Position numbers and translations under genes: made by a program. A model generated the notes under the pieces. That model was given only the letters and a program-made list of their open reading frames with translations, was not told the DNA's origin and searched no databases. Below, piece by piece: positions 38,732-49,157 of a stretch of DNA of 64,000 bases. Position 1 is the stretch's first letter; every line of letters starts with the position of its first letter. This stretch comes from Edaphobacter sp. (GTDB taxonomy: Bacteria; Acidobacteriota; Terriglobia; Terriglobales; Acidobacteriaceae): assembly GCF_035763405.1 (NCBI RefSeq), contig NZ_DASUBE010000083.1:4109-68108 (forward strand), given 5' to 3'.

Positions 38732-40795
38732 TTGACCATGACCAACCTTACCCGTGCGGCCTTCCCCATTCTCCTGTGCGCCGTCCTTGCTCTTCCCTCG
38801 CCCGCGCAGACCTCTGCCCCGACACACGGCATCTCCATCGCCAACATGGACACCACCGTCCACCCCGGCGACAACTTCTATCTCTATGCCAACGGCGGCT
38901 ACGTGGCCCGCACCAAGTTGCCGCCGGACCGCGCCGTGCTCAGCGTCTTCTCCATGCTGGACGACCTCAGCTCCAAACGTGTCGCCGGCATCATCGAAGA
39001 CGCGGCGAAGTCCAACGCGCCTGCAGGTTCCGACCAGCGCAAGATCGCCGACCTCTACCACTCCTACATGGACGAGACAGCCATCGAATCGCACGGCCTC
39101 GCCGCGCTCAAGCCGCGCCTCGACGCCATCGCGGCCATCAAGACGCCACGTGAACTCGCACACGCTCTCGGCCTCTCGCTGCGCGCCGACGTAGACGCGC
39201 TCAACAACACCAACTACCACACTGCGAACATCTTCGGCCTCTGGGTCGCGCCCAGCTTCAACGATCCCGACCACTACGCGACATACCTGCTCCAGGGCGG
39301 CCTCGAAATGCCCGACCGCGACTACTACCTCTCCGACTCAGCGCACATGAAAGACGTTCGCGCCAAATACCAGGCGCACATCGCCGCCATGTTCCGGCTT
39401 GCGGGAGTGCCCGACGGCGAAGCCCGCGCGGCCCGCGTCCTCGCGCTCGAAACCGCCATTGCCCACGTGCAGACCTCGCTGGCCGACAGCGAAAATATCG
39501 AGCACGCTAACAATCCCTGGAACGTCGCCGACTTCAAGACCAAAGCTCCGGGCCTCGACTGGGCCGAGTTCTTCCGCGCTGCCGGTCTCGACCAACAACA
39601 AACCTTCATTGTCTGGCAACCAGGCGCGTTCACCGGCGAAGCCGCGCTGGTCGCCTCGCAGCCTCTTGACGCATGGAAAGACCTGCTCGCCTATCACACC
39701 ATCGAAGACTACGCCGTCGGCATATCGAAGGCGCTCGCCGACGAGAGCTTCGCCTTCTTCGGCCAGACGCTCAACGGCACCCCCGCGCAGCGTCCGCGCA
39801 ACATCCGCGGCGTCCGCTTCGTCTCCGCCGTGCTGGGCGATGCCGTCGGCAAACTCTACGCCGAGCGATATTTTTCTCCGGAGGCCAAAGCACAGGCCCA
39901 GGCGCTCGTCTCGAATCTCCTCGCCGCCTTTCATCAGCGCCTCGAAAGCGTCACGTGGATGGCCCCGGCCACCAAAGCCGAAGCGCTCGCCAAACTCGGC
40001 ACGCTCCAGGTGAGCGTCGGTTATCCCGACCATTGGCGCAGCTATGCCGACTACAACGTCTCGCCCGACAACCTCTTTGAAAACATCTGGCGCTCGAACC
40101 TCTTCGAGTATCACTACTCGCTCAGCCGCATCGGCCAGCCGGTCGATCGCAAGGAGTGGTGCATGACGCCCCAGACCGTCAACGCCGTCAACCTGCCTCT
40201 CGACAACGGACTCAACTTCCCCGCGGCCATTCTGCAGCCGCCCTTCTTCGACCCCAAGGCCCCGGCCGCCGCGAACTACGGAGCCATCGGCACCATCATC
40301 GGCCACGAGATCAGCCACACCTTCGACTCGGAAGGCGCGGCGTTCGACTCCAAAGGCCGCGTTCGCAACTGGTGGACACCTGAAGACCTCGACCACTTCG
40401 AGGCCGCAACCTCCGCGCTCGCCGCACAATACAGCACCTACAAGCCCTTCCCCGATCTCGCCGTCAATGGCAAACAAACGCTCGGCGAAGACATCGCCGA
40501 CGTGGCCGGCCTCACCGCCGCATACGACGGTTTCCACGCTTCGCTTCACGGCAAAGAAGCGCCCAAAGTTCACAACTTTACCGGCGATCAGCAGTTCTTC
40601 ATTGCCTTCGCCCAGAACTGGGGCTCAGTCATCCGCGACGCGACCCTGCGCAAACAGGTCCTCACCGACCCGCACGCACCCGGACGTTACCGCGCCGAAA
40701 CCGTCCGCAACAACGACGCCTGGTACGCCGCCTTCGGCATCAAGCCCGGCGACAAGCTCTACCTCACGCCCAAGGAGCGCATCCACATCTGGTAG
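38732..40795 (+). CDS. M13 family metallopeptidase (PepO / endothelin-converting-enzyme-like)
   Basis: A signal peptide is present. The zinc motif is IIGHEISHTFD, followed by the downstream GEDIADVAGL (ExxxD) block and a C-terminal W. Confidence 0.9.
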   Translation: MTMTNLTRAAFPILLCAVLALPSPAQTSAPTHGISIANMDTTVHPGDNFYLYANGGYVARTKLPPDRAVLSVFSMLDDLSSKRVAGIIEDAAKSNAPAGSDQRKIADLYHSYMDETAIESHGLAALKPRLDAIAAIKTPRELAHALGLSLRADVDALNNTNYHTANIFGLWVAPSFNDPDHYATYLLQGGLEMPDRDYYLSDSAHMKDVRAKYQAHIAAMFRLAGVPDGEARAARVLALETAIAHVQTSLADSENIEHANNPWNVADFKTKAPGLDWAEFFRAAGLDQQQTFIVWQPGAFTGEAALVASQPLDAWKDLLAYHTIEDYAVGISKALADESFAFFGQTLNGTPAQRPRNIRGVRFVSAVLGDAVGKLYAERYFSPEAKAQAQALVSNLLAAFHQRLESVTWMAPATKAEALAKLGTLQVSVGYPDHWRSYADYNVSPDNLFENIWRSNLFEYHYSLSRIGQPVDRKEWCMTPQTVNAVNLPLDNGLNFPAAILQPPFFDPKAPAAANYGAIGTIIGHEISHTFDSEGAAFDSKGRVRNWWTPEDLDHFEAATSALAAQYSTYKPFPDLAVNGKQTLGEDIADVAGLTAAYDGFHASLHGKEAPKVHNFTGDQQFFIAFAQNWGSVIRDATLRKQVLTDPHAPGRYRAETVRNNDAWYAAFGIKPGDKLYLTPKERIHIW

Positions 40796-40861
40796 TTCGT
40801 GATCTGGTCATGGCAACGGGCGCATCTGTCCGATGCGCCCGCCTGCCGTTATCCTTGCTAC

Positions 40862-41536
40862 ATGGACCAGAAACTCTTCACTGAAGTTGACAGCTACCTT
40901 GCAGACAAACTCCTCGCAGAAGATGCACCGCTCCGCGAAGCCCTCAAGGCAAACGCAATAGCGGACCTGCCATCGATCGACGTCAGCCCCACACAGGGCA
41001 AACTGCTCTATCTGCTCGCTCGCATGGCAGGGGCCAAGCGCATCCTCGAAGTGGGCACGCTTGGCGGCTATAGCACCATCTGGCTTGCCCGTGCGCTGCC
41101 CAACGACGGCGTGCTGGTCACGCTCGAACTCAACCCAAAGCACGCTGAAGTCGCCGCTGCGAACATTCACCGTGCCGGACTCAGCCACCTTGTCGATCTG
41201 CGCGTAGGCCCTGCCGTCGAATCGCTCGCGCGTCTTCACGCCGAAAATACCGCGCGGTTCGACTTCATCTTTCTCGACGCCGACAAGCCCAACAACCCCA
41301 TCTATCTGGACTGGGCGATTAAGCTCTCGCATCCCGGAACCATCATCATCGGCGACAACGTCATCCGCGAAGGCGCAATCATCGACGCGAACGATACCGA
41401 CCCAAGCGTCGCAGGAACGCGCCTCTTTCTCGAAAAGCTGGGCAGCTATCCGCAGCTCGATGCCACCGCAATCCAGACCGTCGGCAGCAAAGGCCACGAC
41501 GGCTTCGCGCTCGCCATCGTCAACGAGAAAAGTTAG
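40862..41536 (+). CDS. Class I SAM-dependent O-methyltransferase (caffeoyl-CoA OMT-like)
   Basis: ILEVGTLGGYSTIWLA and FDFIFLDADK are SAM-binding motifs of the Methyltransf_3 type. The start is MDQKLF at 40862. Confidence 0.8.
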   Translation: MDQKLFTEVDSYLADKLLAEDAPLREALKANAIADLPSIDVSPTQGKLLYLLARMAGAKRILEVGTLGGYSTIWLARALPNDGVLVTLELNPKHAEVAAANIHRAGLSHLVDLRVGPAVESLARLHAENTARFDFIFLDADKPNNPIYLDWAIKLSHPGTIIIGDNVIREGAIIDANDTDPSVAGTRLFLEKLGSYPQLDATAIQTVGSKGHDGFALAIVNEKS

Positions 41537-42144
41537 GTCAGATCATCCGGGTTGAATGACGGCCGTTTCCGCCCCAGCGCCGAGACGTCATGCGCGCCGC
41601 CCACCAGGCCTTTCACTACCTGGTCGATCTCATCCTCAACATCAGCCGTCGCCACCATCCGCACCGGAGGGTCGGCCAGCTTGATGCTTTCGAGCAGCAC
41701 CGTCGCGTGCGCCACAGCAACGCCGTCCTGATTCAATCCCTCCGGAGTCTTCGCCTTGATGCCGACATCGCCCGGCTTCAGGCCCAGCAGTTCCGCCACG
41801 CGCTCGCGCATCTCGCCCGCAATCGGCACAATCTTCGGCTTCGTCATCACCAGCACCGTATCGACGTTGACGATCTTGTACCCTGCCATCGCCACCTCTT
41901 CCAGCGCCGTCTTCAGAAACACCCGCGAATCCACACCCTTCCATCGCGGATCGCTGGGCGGAAAGAACGTGCCAATGTCGCCCGCCGAGACCGCCCCCAG
42001 CAGCGCGTCCGTCAGCGCATGGAGCAGCACATCGCCATCCGAGTGGCCCGCCAGACCCTCCGGATGCTGAATCGCCAGCCCGCCAATCACCAGCGGCACG
42101 CCGGCCTTAAACGCATGTGAATCAAACCCGTAGCCAATTCTCAT
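41533..42144 (-). CDS. ispF: 2-C-methyl-D-erythritol 2,4-cyclodiphosphate synthase
   Basis: MRIGYGFDSHAF...GLAGHSDGDVLLHALTDALLGA...DIGTFFP is the IspF signature. It carries a C-terminal extension of about 45 aa. Confidence 0.9.
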   Translation of the reverse strand: MRIGYGFDSHAFKAGVPLVIGGLAIQHPEGLAGHSDGDVLLHALTDALLGAVSAGDIGTFFPPSDPRWKGVDSRVFLKTALEEVAMAGYKIVNVDTVLVMTKPKIVPIAGEMRERVAELLGLKPGDVGIKAKTPEGLNQDGVAVAHATVLLESIKLADPPVRMVATADVEDEIDQVVKGLVGGAHDVSALGRKRPSFNPDDLT

Positions 42145-42605
42145 TCCCATACACAATTCCTCAATGCATCGACCGCGGATTCACACGGATGAACACGGAT
42201 TTTTTTCTTTTCATTCTCCAGTATGAACCGTTTGAACTGAGCTCTGGGGCCGAAGTTTAAGAGCAATCCAACTTCCAGGTTCGTTTCACGGAGATAGTTC
42301 AACACCTGACTTTCGTGTGACCGATCAAAAGCCGACACGGCCTTCAACTCCACAACCACACAGCCATTGACCATCAAGTCCGCTCGAAAGTTCCCTATAA
42401 CCTGACCTCGAAAATGCACTGGAACTGGGACCTCCGAGTCAACGTTAAGACCGGCCTGTCGCAAGGCGATCTTCAAAGCTTGTTGATACACGCTCTCAAG
42501 AAACCCGCCTCCAAGTTCGTTGTAAACCTCGAAGAATGCGCCGATTACCTTCTCTGAAGTCTCCGAATGCAATCCATTAAAAGCAGTTCTTTGCTTTAAA
42601 TCCAT
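42141..42605 (-). CDS. GxxExxY family protein (PD-(D/E)XK nuclease fold)
   Basis: VIGAFFEVYNELGGGFLESVYQQAL contains G-x-x-E-x-x-Y. The ...DLMVNGCVVVELK... stretch gives the D...ELK nuclease-like core. The gene is about 50% GC by hand count on one 60 nt line, and its last 10 or so codons are encoded by the left inverted repeat. Confidence 0.8.
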   Translation of the reverse strand: MDLKQRTAFNGLHSETSEKVIGAFFEVYNELGGGFLESVYQQALKIALRQAGLNVDSEVPVPVHFRGQVIGNFRADLMVNGCVVVELKAVSAFDRSHESQVLNYLRETNLEVGLLLNFGPRAQFKRFILENEKKKIRVHPCESAVDALRNCVWE

Positions 42606-42647
42606 ATCTGTCTTTCATCCGCGTTCATCCGCGTGAATCCGTGGTCG
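42170..42647. mobile_element. 478 bp cassette bounded by 31 bp imperfect inverted repeats, carrying only the GxxExxY gene
   Basis: The left repeat is CGACCGCGGATTCACACGGATGAACACGGAT (42170-42200). The reverse complement of the right repeat (42617-42647) is CGACCACGGATTCACGCGGATGAACGCGGAT, so 28 of 31 positions are identical. No transposase is present. Confidence 0.6.
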
Positions 42648-43353
42648 ATCTTCTCAGGTAAAACTCCGCCAACTCAATGTCTCCCGGCTGCGTAATCTTG
42701 AAGTTCCGCGCCGACCCCGGCACCACGGCCACTTCAATCCCCGCGCGCTCCAGCAAACTCGCCTCGTCTGTCCCGGCAAAACCGTCGGCCTCAGCCTCGG
42801 CAAAGGCGCGGCGCATCAGTTTGCACAACGCGCCCTGCGGCGTCTGCGCATGAATGATCAGCTCGCGCGGAATCGTCGCCGTCACAATCGCGCCTTCGGC
42901 CGTGCGCTCCACCTGCTTGATCGTATCCACCGCAGGCAGACCCACAATCGCCGCGCCATGTTTGGCCACCGCGTCAATCGTTCGCTCAATCGTCGCGGGG
43001 TCAATCAGCGGACGCACCGCATCATGCACCAGCACCACATCATCGGGATGGCACTCGAGCGCAGCCAACGCATTGCCCACCGACTCCTGCCTATGGTCGC
43101 CGCCCTCCACCATGTGGACACGCGGCCCCAGCTTATGCGCCGTCACATGCGCCTCCACGCGCGCCCGCTCCGGTCCGCGCACCGCGATGCATACCGCGTC
43201 CACGCGCTTCACCGCAAGAAACGCCTTCACCGACCGGATCAGCACCGGCACGCCATCAATCTCCAGAAACTGCTTCGGCACAGCCGTGTGCGTGCCGCCC
43301 GCGGCCATCCGCGTTCCAATCCCTGCTGCCGGAAGAATCACAAATACTTGCAT
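42625..43353 (-). CDS. ispD: 2-C-methyl-D-erythritol 4-phosphate cytidylyltransferase
   Basis: MQVFVILPAAGIGTRM...PKQFLEI and VLVHDAVRP are IspD signature blocks. The last 7 codons and the TGA stop lie inside the right inverted repeat of the cassette. Confidence 0.9.
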   Translation of the reverse strand: MQVFVILPAAGIGTRMAAGGTHTAVPKQFLEIDGVPVLIRSVKAFLAVKRVDAVCIAVRGPERARVEAHVTAHKLGPRVHMVEGGDHRQESVGNALAALECHPDDVVLVHDAVRPLIDPATIERTIDAVAKHGAAIVGLPAVDTIKQVERTAEGAIVTATIPRELIIHAQTPQGALCKLMRRAFAEAEADGFAGTDEASLLERAGIEVAVVPGSARNFKITQPGDIELAEFYLRRSTTDSRG

Positions 43354-43421
43354 AAATACCCAGCGAAGTATAACAAGTCCGCGAACGTAGCCGCTCACGG
43401 GCCGCAGGCGATAATAGCCAT

Positions 43422-45239
43422 GTGTCCATCGCCGCCACGCCGTCGCCCGCAGAAGAGTACCGCCAGCACCAGCAGGCACGCCAGACGCTCGCCGCGCGCT
43501 TCGAGAAGACGCACATCCGCCTCGGCAACCTGCGCCTCGTCATCTTCCTCGCAGCCGCCATCATGGCGTGGTTCTCACTCGACCACGACACATTCTCCAC
43601 ATGGTGGCTTCTTGCGCCAGTCGCGCTCTTCGCAACTATAGCCGTCTTTCACGCACACATCCTCTACAAGCGCGAGCGTGCCGAACGCGCCGCAGACCAC
43701 TATGCCAAAGGCATCGCCCGCATCGAAGACCGCTGGACAGGCAATGGTCAACAGACGCAGCGGCCCGAGACCGCCAACCACGTCTATGCCGCCGATCTTG
43801 ACCTCTTCGGCCCGGCCAGCCTCTTCGAGCTGCTCTCACAAGCCCGCACGCGCATGGGCGAAGATACACTCGCCCACTGGCTGCTTGCTCCATCACCTAT
43901 CGCGTCACTCCGCCAGCGCCACGCCGCCATCGACGAGCTGCGCCCGCGTCTCGATCTCCGCGAAGACATCGCCGTTCTCGAAGGCAGCTCCCGCAAAGAC
44001 ATCAAAACCGGAGTCCATCCCGAGGCCCTCATCGGCTGGGCCGAAGCACCCGCACAATTAGTCCATCCGAATGTCCGCTGGCTTGCGCGCCTGCTCGCCC
44101 TCGCCGCCATCGCAACGGCCATCCTCTGGATCGAGTCCGGCACGAAAACGCCATTCTTCTCCGTTCTTATCATCGAAGCCGCCATCGCTGCGCTGCTGCA
44201 CAAACGCACCACCGAAGTCCTGCACGCAACCGCGCACGCCTTCGACGACCTCAAGCTCCTCTCCGCGCTCGTAGCCCGCATCGAGCGCGAATCCTTCACC
44301 ACGTCGCAGCTCCAAAACATCCGCAAAAGCCTCGTCTCGAAGCAACTCCCTGCATCGAAAGCCATCGCCCGTCTCGCCACCATCGCCGGCTACATCGACT
44401 CGCTCGAAAACCCCATCGTCCACTTCCTGGACATCCCGCTGCTCTACTCCGTCCAGACCGCCTACGCCGCCGAGGCCTGGCGGCGGGTCCACGGCAGCGC
44501 CGTCCGCCGCTGGCTCGAAGCCATCGGCGAAGCCGAAGCCCTGCTCTCCATCAGCGCCTACAGCTACGAACACCCCGCCGACTCCTTCCCCGACCTCATC
44601 GAAGACGGCCAGCCTCTGTTCGACGCAACACAACTCGGCCACCCGCTCATCCCCGCAGCAAAATGTATCCGCAACAACGTAAGCATTGGTGGAGTAGACG
44701 CAGCGCAGGCGCTGCTCATCAGCGGCTCCAACATGTCCGGCAAAAGCACCCTGCTGCGCGCCATCGGCATCAACACCGTGCTCGCCATGGCAGGCGCGCC
44801 GGTCCGTGCCGAGTCGCTGCGGCTCACCGCACTCCACGTCGGCGCCAGCATCCTCATCAACGACTCGCTCCAGCAAGGCAGCTCGCGCTTCTACGCCGAG
44901 ATCATCCGCCTCCGCCGCATCGCGGACCTGGCCGAAAAATCCCCGCCGCTGCTCTTCCTCCTCGACGAACTCCTGCAAGGCACCAACTCCAAAGACCGCC
45001 TCACCGGAGCCGCAGGCGTCGTCCGCGCACTGCTCGACGCCGGAGCCATCGGCCTCATCAGCACCCACGACCTCGCCCTCACCCACATCGGCAGCAACAA
45101 CGACCACCGCCTCCACAACGTCCACTTCCAGGACGAGATCGAAGACGGCCGCATGAAGTTCGACTACACCCTCCGCGACGGTGTCGTCACCCACAGCAAC
45201 GGCATCGAACTGATGCGCCTCATCGGCCTCAAAGTCTAA
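43422..45239 (+). CDS. MutS-related ATPase with N-terminal transmembrane region (no mismatch-binding domain)
   Basis: It uses a GTG start and has about 4 predicted TM helices in the first 260 or so aa. The C-terminal MutS domain V has Walker A GSNMSGKSTLLRAIG, then FLLDELLQGTN and STHD. Confidence 0.8.
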   Translation: MSIAATPSPAEEYRQHQQARQTLAARFEKTHIRLGNLRLVIFLAAAIMAWFSLDHDTFSTWWLLAPVALFATIAVFHAHILYKRERAERAADHYAKGIARIEDRWTGNGQQTQRPETANHVYAADLDLFGPASLFELLSQARTRMGEDTLAHWLLAPSPIASLRQRHAAIDELRPRLDLREDIAVLEGSSRKDIKTGVHPEALIGWAEAPAQLVHPNVRWLARLLALAAIATAILWIESGTKTPFFSVLIIEAAIAALLHKRTTEVLHATAHAFDDLKLLSALVARIERESFTTSQLQNIRKSLVSKQLPASKAIARLATIAGYIDSLENPIVHFLDIPLLYSVQTAYAAEAWRRVHGSAVRRWLEAIGEAEALLSISAYSYEHPADSFPDLIEDGQPLFDATQLGHPLIPAAKCIRNNVSIGGVDAAQALLISGSNMSGKSTLLRAIGINTVLAMAGAPVRAESLRLTALHVGASILINDSLQQGSSRFYAEIIRLRRIADLAEKSPPLLFLLDELLQGTNSKDRLTGAAGVVRALLDAGAIGLISTHDLALTHIGSNNDHRLHNVHFQDEIEDGRMKFDYTLRDGVVTHSNGIELMRLIGLKV

Positions 45240-45271
45240 GCGATGGTCAGGTGCCGCTGCCGCCACACCAC

Positions 45272-45322
45272 GTCATCTCGACCGAAGGCGGCGCTTTTGC
45301 CGCCGCAGTGGAGAGACCCCTG
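45272..45322 (+). repeat. REP-A family variant
   Basis: GTCATCTCGACCGAAGGCGGCGCTTTTGCCGCCGCAGTGGAGAGACCCCTG has the same architecture as REP-A: a GTCATC..GA.CGAAG terminus followed by an internal hairpin. Confidence 0.55.
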
Positions 45323-45350
45323 TATTTCTCCCACTTCAGCACAACCGCTC

Positions 45351-45393
45351 GGGTGCTCCATCCATGACAGCTTCATCGTCATGGGTGGGAGAG
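45351..45393 (+). repeat. REP-B hairpin element
   Basis: GGGTGCTCCATCCATGACAGCTTCATCGTCATGGGTGGGAGAG has stems CCATCCATGAC / GTCATGGGTGG. Its termini match the murI and holA copies. Confidence 0.75.
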
Positions 45394-45420
45394 CACGATG
45401 CCAAACCCATCACCCTCTTT

Positions 45421-45509
45421 GCATTTCCATTCCGCAGCTTTTTTGTATTTCCATTCCGCAGCTTTTTTATATTTCCATTCCGCAGATCTTTTGTATTTCC
45501 ATTCCGCAG
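45421..45509 (+). repeat. Tandem array of four 24 bp REP-C units
   Basis: The unit [GA]TATTTCCATTCCGCAG.TTTT.. occurs at 45421, 45445, 45469 and 45493. It is in reverse orientation relative to the units flanking murI. Confidence 0.9.
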
Positions 45510-45580
45510 CGAAGCGAAGGAATCTGTTTTTTGACCTTGTAGCTGCAATTGTCCAGTCCCCAAAATTCACCCGCAGTAAG

Positions 45581-46708
45581 ATGAGGCTCATGGCACCTGT
45601 TCCGAGCCTTCCCTTCGACCGGACCAACATCCGCCCCGGCGACCGCATCTGCGTCGCCGTCTCCGGCGGAGCCGATTCAGTTGCCCTCCTGCTCACGCTC
45701 CACGCCGCGAACACCGCGAAGCACGACGCGCTCGGCGTCGGCCTCTCCGCCGTCCACGTCCAGCACGGCATCCGCAGTGCCGAAGAGTCCGCCGCCGACC
45801 TCGACTTCGTCCGCGACCTCTGCGCCTCGCTCGAAGTCCCGCTGCACATTCACCACGCCGACGTCCCCGCCCGCGCCGCCCGCACCGGCGAGACCATCGA
45901 AGAGGCGGCCCGCGCCGTCCGCTACGAGTTCTTCTCGACTCTCATCACCTCCGGCCACGCCGACTCCATCCTCACCGCCCACACACTCGACGACCAGGCC
46001 GAAACCGTCCTCATGAAAATCCTGCGCGGAGCCTGGACCGAGGGCCTCAGCGCCATCCATCCGGTAGTCCTCGTGAATTCGACCCCGCAAAACTCAGCCC
46101 AGCGCCCCGGAAAGATCCTCCGCCCCTTCCTCCACACCCGCCGCGTCGAAATCGAATCCTTCCTCAAACAGCGCAATCAGCCCTGGCGCGAAGACTCCAC
46201 CAATACCGACACCGCCTACACCCGCAACCGCATCCGCCATCAGCTTCTGCCGCTGCTCCGCGAGTACAACCCCAGCCTCGACCAGACGCTGGCCAACCTC
46301 GCCGAGCTCGCCCGCGAAGAAGAGTCCCGCTGGCAGGCAGAACTCACGCGCATCCTCCCGCAACTCCTGCTCCCCGGCAAACCCGTTCGCGGAGGCGGCC
46401 GCGCCGTCTCGACCGCCCCCGGTGAATCCCAATCCACAGTCGCCATCGAGCTCGACCGCCTCAAATCCCTCGACCCCGCGCTCCGCCGCCGCGTCATCCG
46501 CGCCGCAGCCCGCCAGCTTGGCGCGCGGCTCAGCTTCGACGAGACCGCCCGCATCCTCGCCCTCTGCGGCTTCGGCCCTTATCCACCGGTCGGCGCATCC
46601 ACCGTCGCCGCCCGCGCCGGAGCCTCGCTCACCCTTGCCAACGGCCTCCGCGCCGAGCGATCCGCCCGCGAACTCCGTCTTCTCCGCTCTCCCGCAACCA
46701 TTACCTAA
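45581..46708 (+). CDS. tilS: tRNA(Ile)-lysidine synthetase
   Basis: The PP-loop CVAVSGGADSVALL is present, and the gene lies directly upstream of ftsH. The track ORF N-terminal extension is translated repeat DNA. Confidence 0.85.
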   Translation: MRLMAPVPSLPFDRTNIRPGDRICVAVSGGADSVALLLTLHAANTAKHDALGVGLSAVHVQHGIRSAEESAADLDFVRDLCASLEVPLHIHHADVPARAARTGETIEEAARAVRYEFFSTLITSGHADSILTAHTLDDQAETVLMKILRGAWTEGLSAIHPVVLVNSTPQNSAQRPGKILRPFLHTRRVEIESFLKQRNQPWREDSTNTDTAYTRNRIRHQLLPLLREYNPSLDQTLANLAELAREEESRWQAELTRILPQLLLPGKPVRGGGRAVSTAPGESQSTVAIELDRLKSLDPALRRRVIRAAARQLGARLSFDETARILALCGFGPYPPVGASTVAARAGASLTLANGLRAERSARELRLLRSPATIT

Positions 46709-46972
46709 CCGTATCCTCCATCACTCTTTAGTCACATTACGATTCCCAATTCATCCCCCTGAATCCCCCGCCCGAAGAGTAGAATCAAATCACGTAGCGG
46801 CTGTCGCCGCCAGAGGAGATTCCGGCAGTTTGCAGCCGGAACCTTCATCTATAGATAGCGTCTAACGTAGTAGGGCTTCCGGAGACCAGTTGGCATCCGG
46901 CAGCCGAGTCTGACCAGCCGCCAGATGCGATGTCCCGAGGCAGCTTCAGACCAGAAAAATGAGGAATTCGCT

Positions 46973-48880
<1,908 letters not shown>

Positions 48881-48903
48881 AATTCAACCAACCATCGACA
48901 GCG

Positions 48904-48935
48904 AGGCGGCCATCATGGCCGCCTTCGTCATTCTT
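48904..48935 (+). terminator. Rho-independent terminator downstream of ftsH
   Basis: Stem AGGCGGCC / GGCCGCCT with loop ATCAT is followed by TCGTCATTCTTCGC. Confidence 0.6.
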
Positions 48936-48951
48936 CGCATCACATAAGATT

Positions 48952-48993
48952 GTCATCCTGAGCGAAGGCGAAGCCGAGTCGAAGGACCTGCGG
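48952..48993 (+). repeat. REP-A family copy
   Basis: The sequence is GTCATCCTGAGCGAAGGCGAAGCCGAGTCGAAGGACCTGCGG. Confidence 0.85.
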
Positions 48994-49033
48994 TTGCCTC
49001 CCGTCATGCCACCCAAAACAACAAAATAAAATT

Positions 49034-49099
49034 GTCATCCTTCCGCGAACGGCGTCCCCGGCCAGCTTGCTGGCTGGGGTGGGAAGCGGGAGGACCTGC
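49034..49099 (+). repeat. REP-A family variant with internal hairpin
   Basis: GTCATCCTTCCGCGAACGGCGTCCCCGGCCAGCTTGCTGGCTGGGGTGGGAAGCGGGAGGACCTGC has an internal stem CCCCGGCCAGC / GCTGGCTGGGG. Confidence 0.6.
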
Positions 49100-49157
49100 T
49101 TTCGTCTTTGAACAACGACCACTGTCCACCCTCAATGCGACAATAAAAGCACGACGC

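Noticed and set aside
45421-45509. Possible CRISPR array
   Set aside because: The units are contiguous 24 bp tandem repeats with no unique spacers. There are no cas genes, and the same unit occurs as dispersed two-copy blocks near murI.
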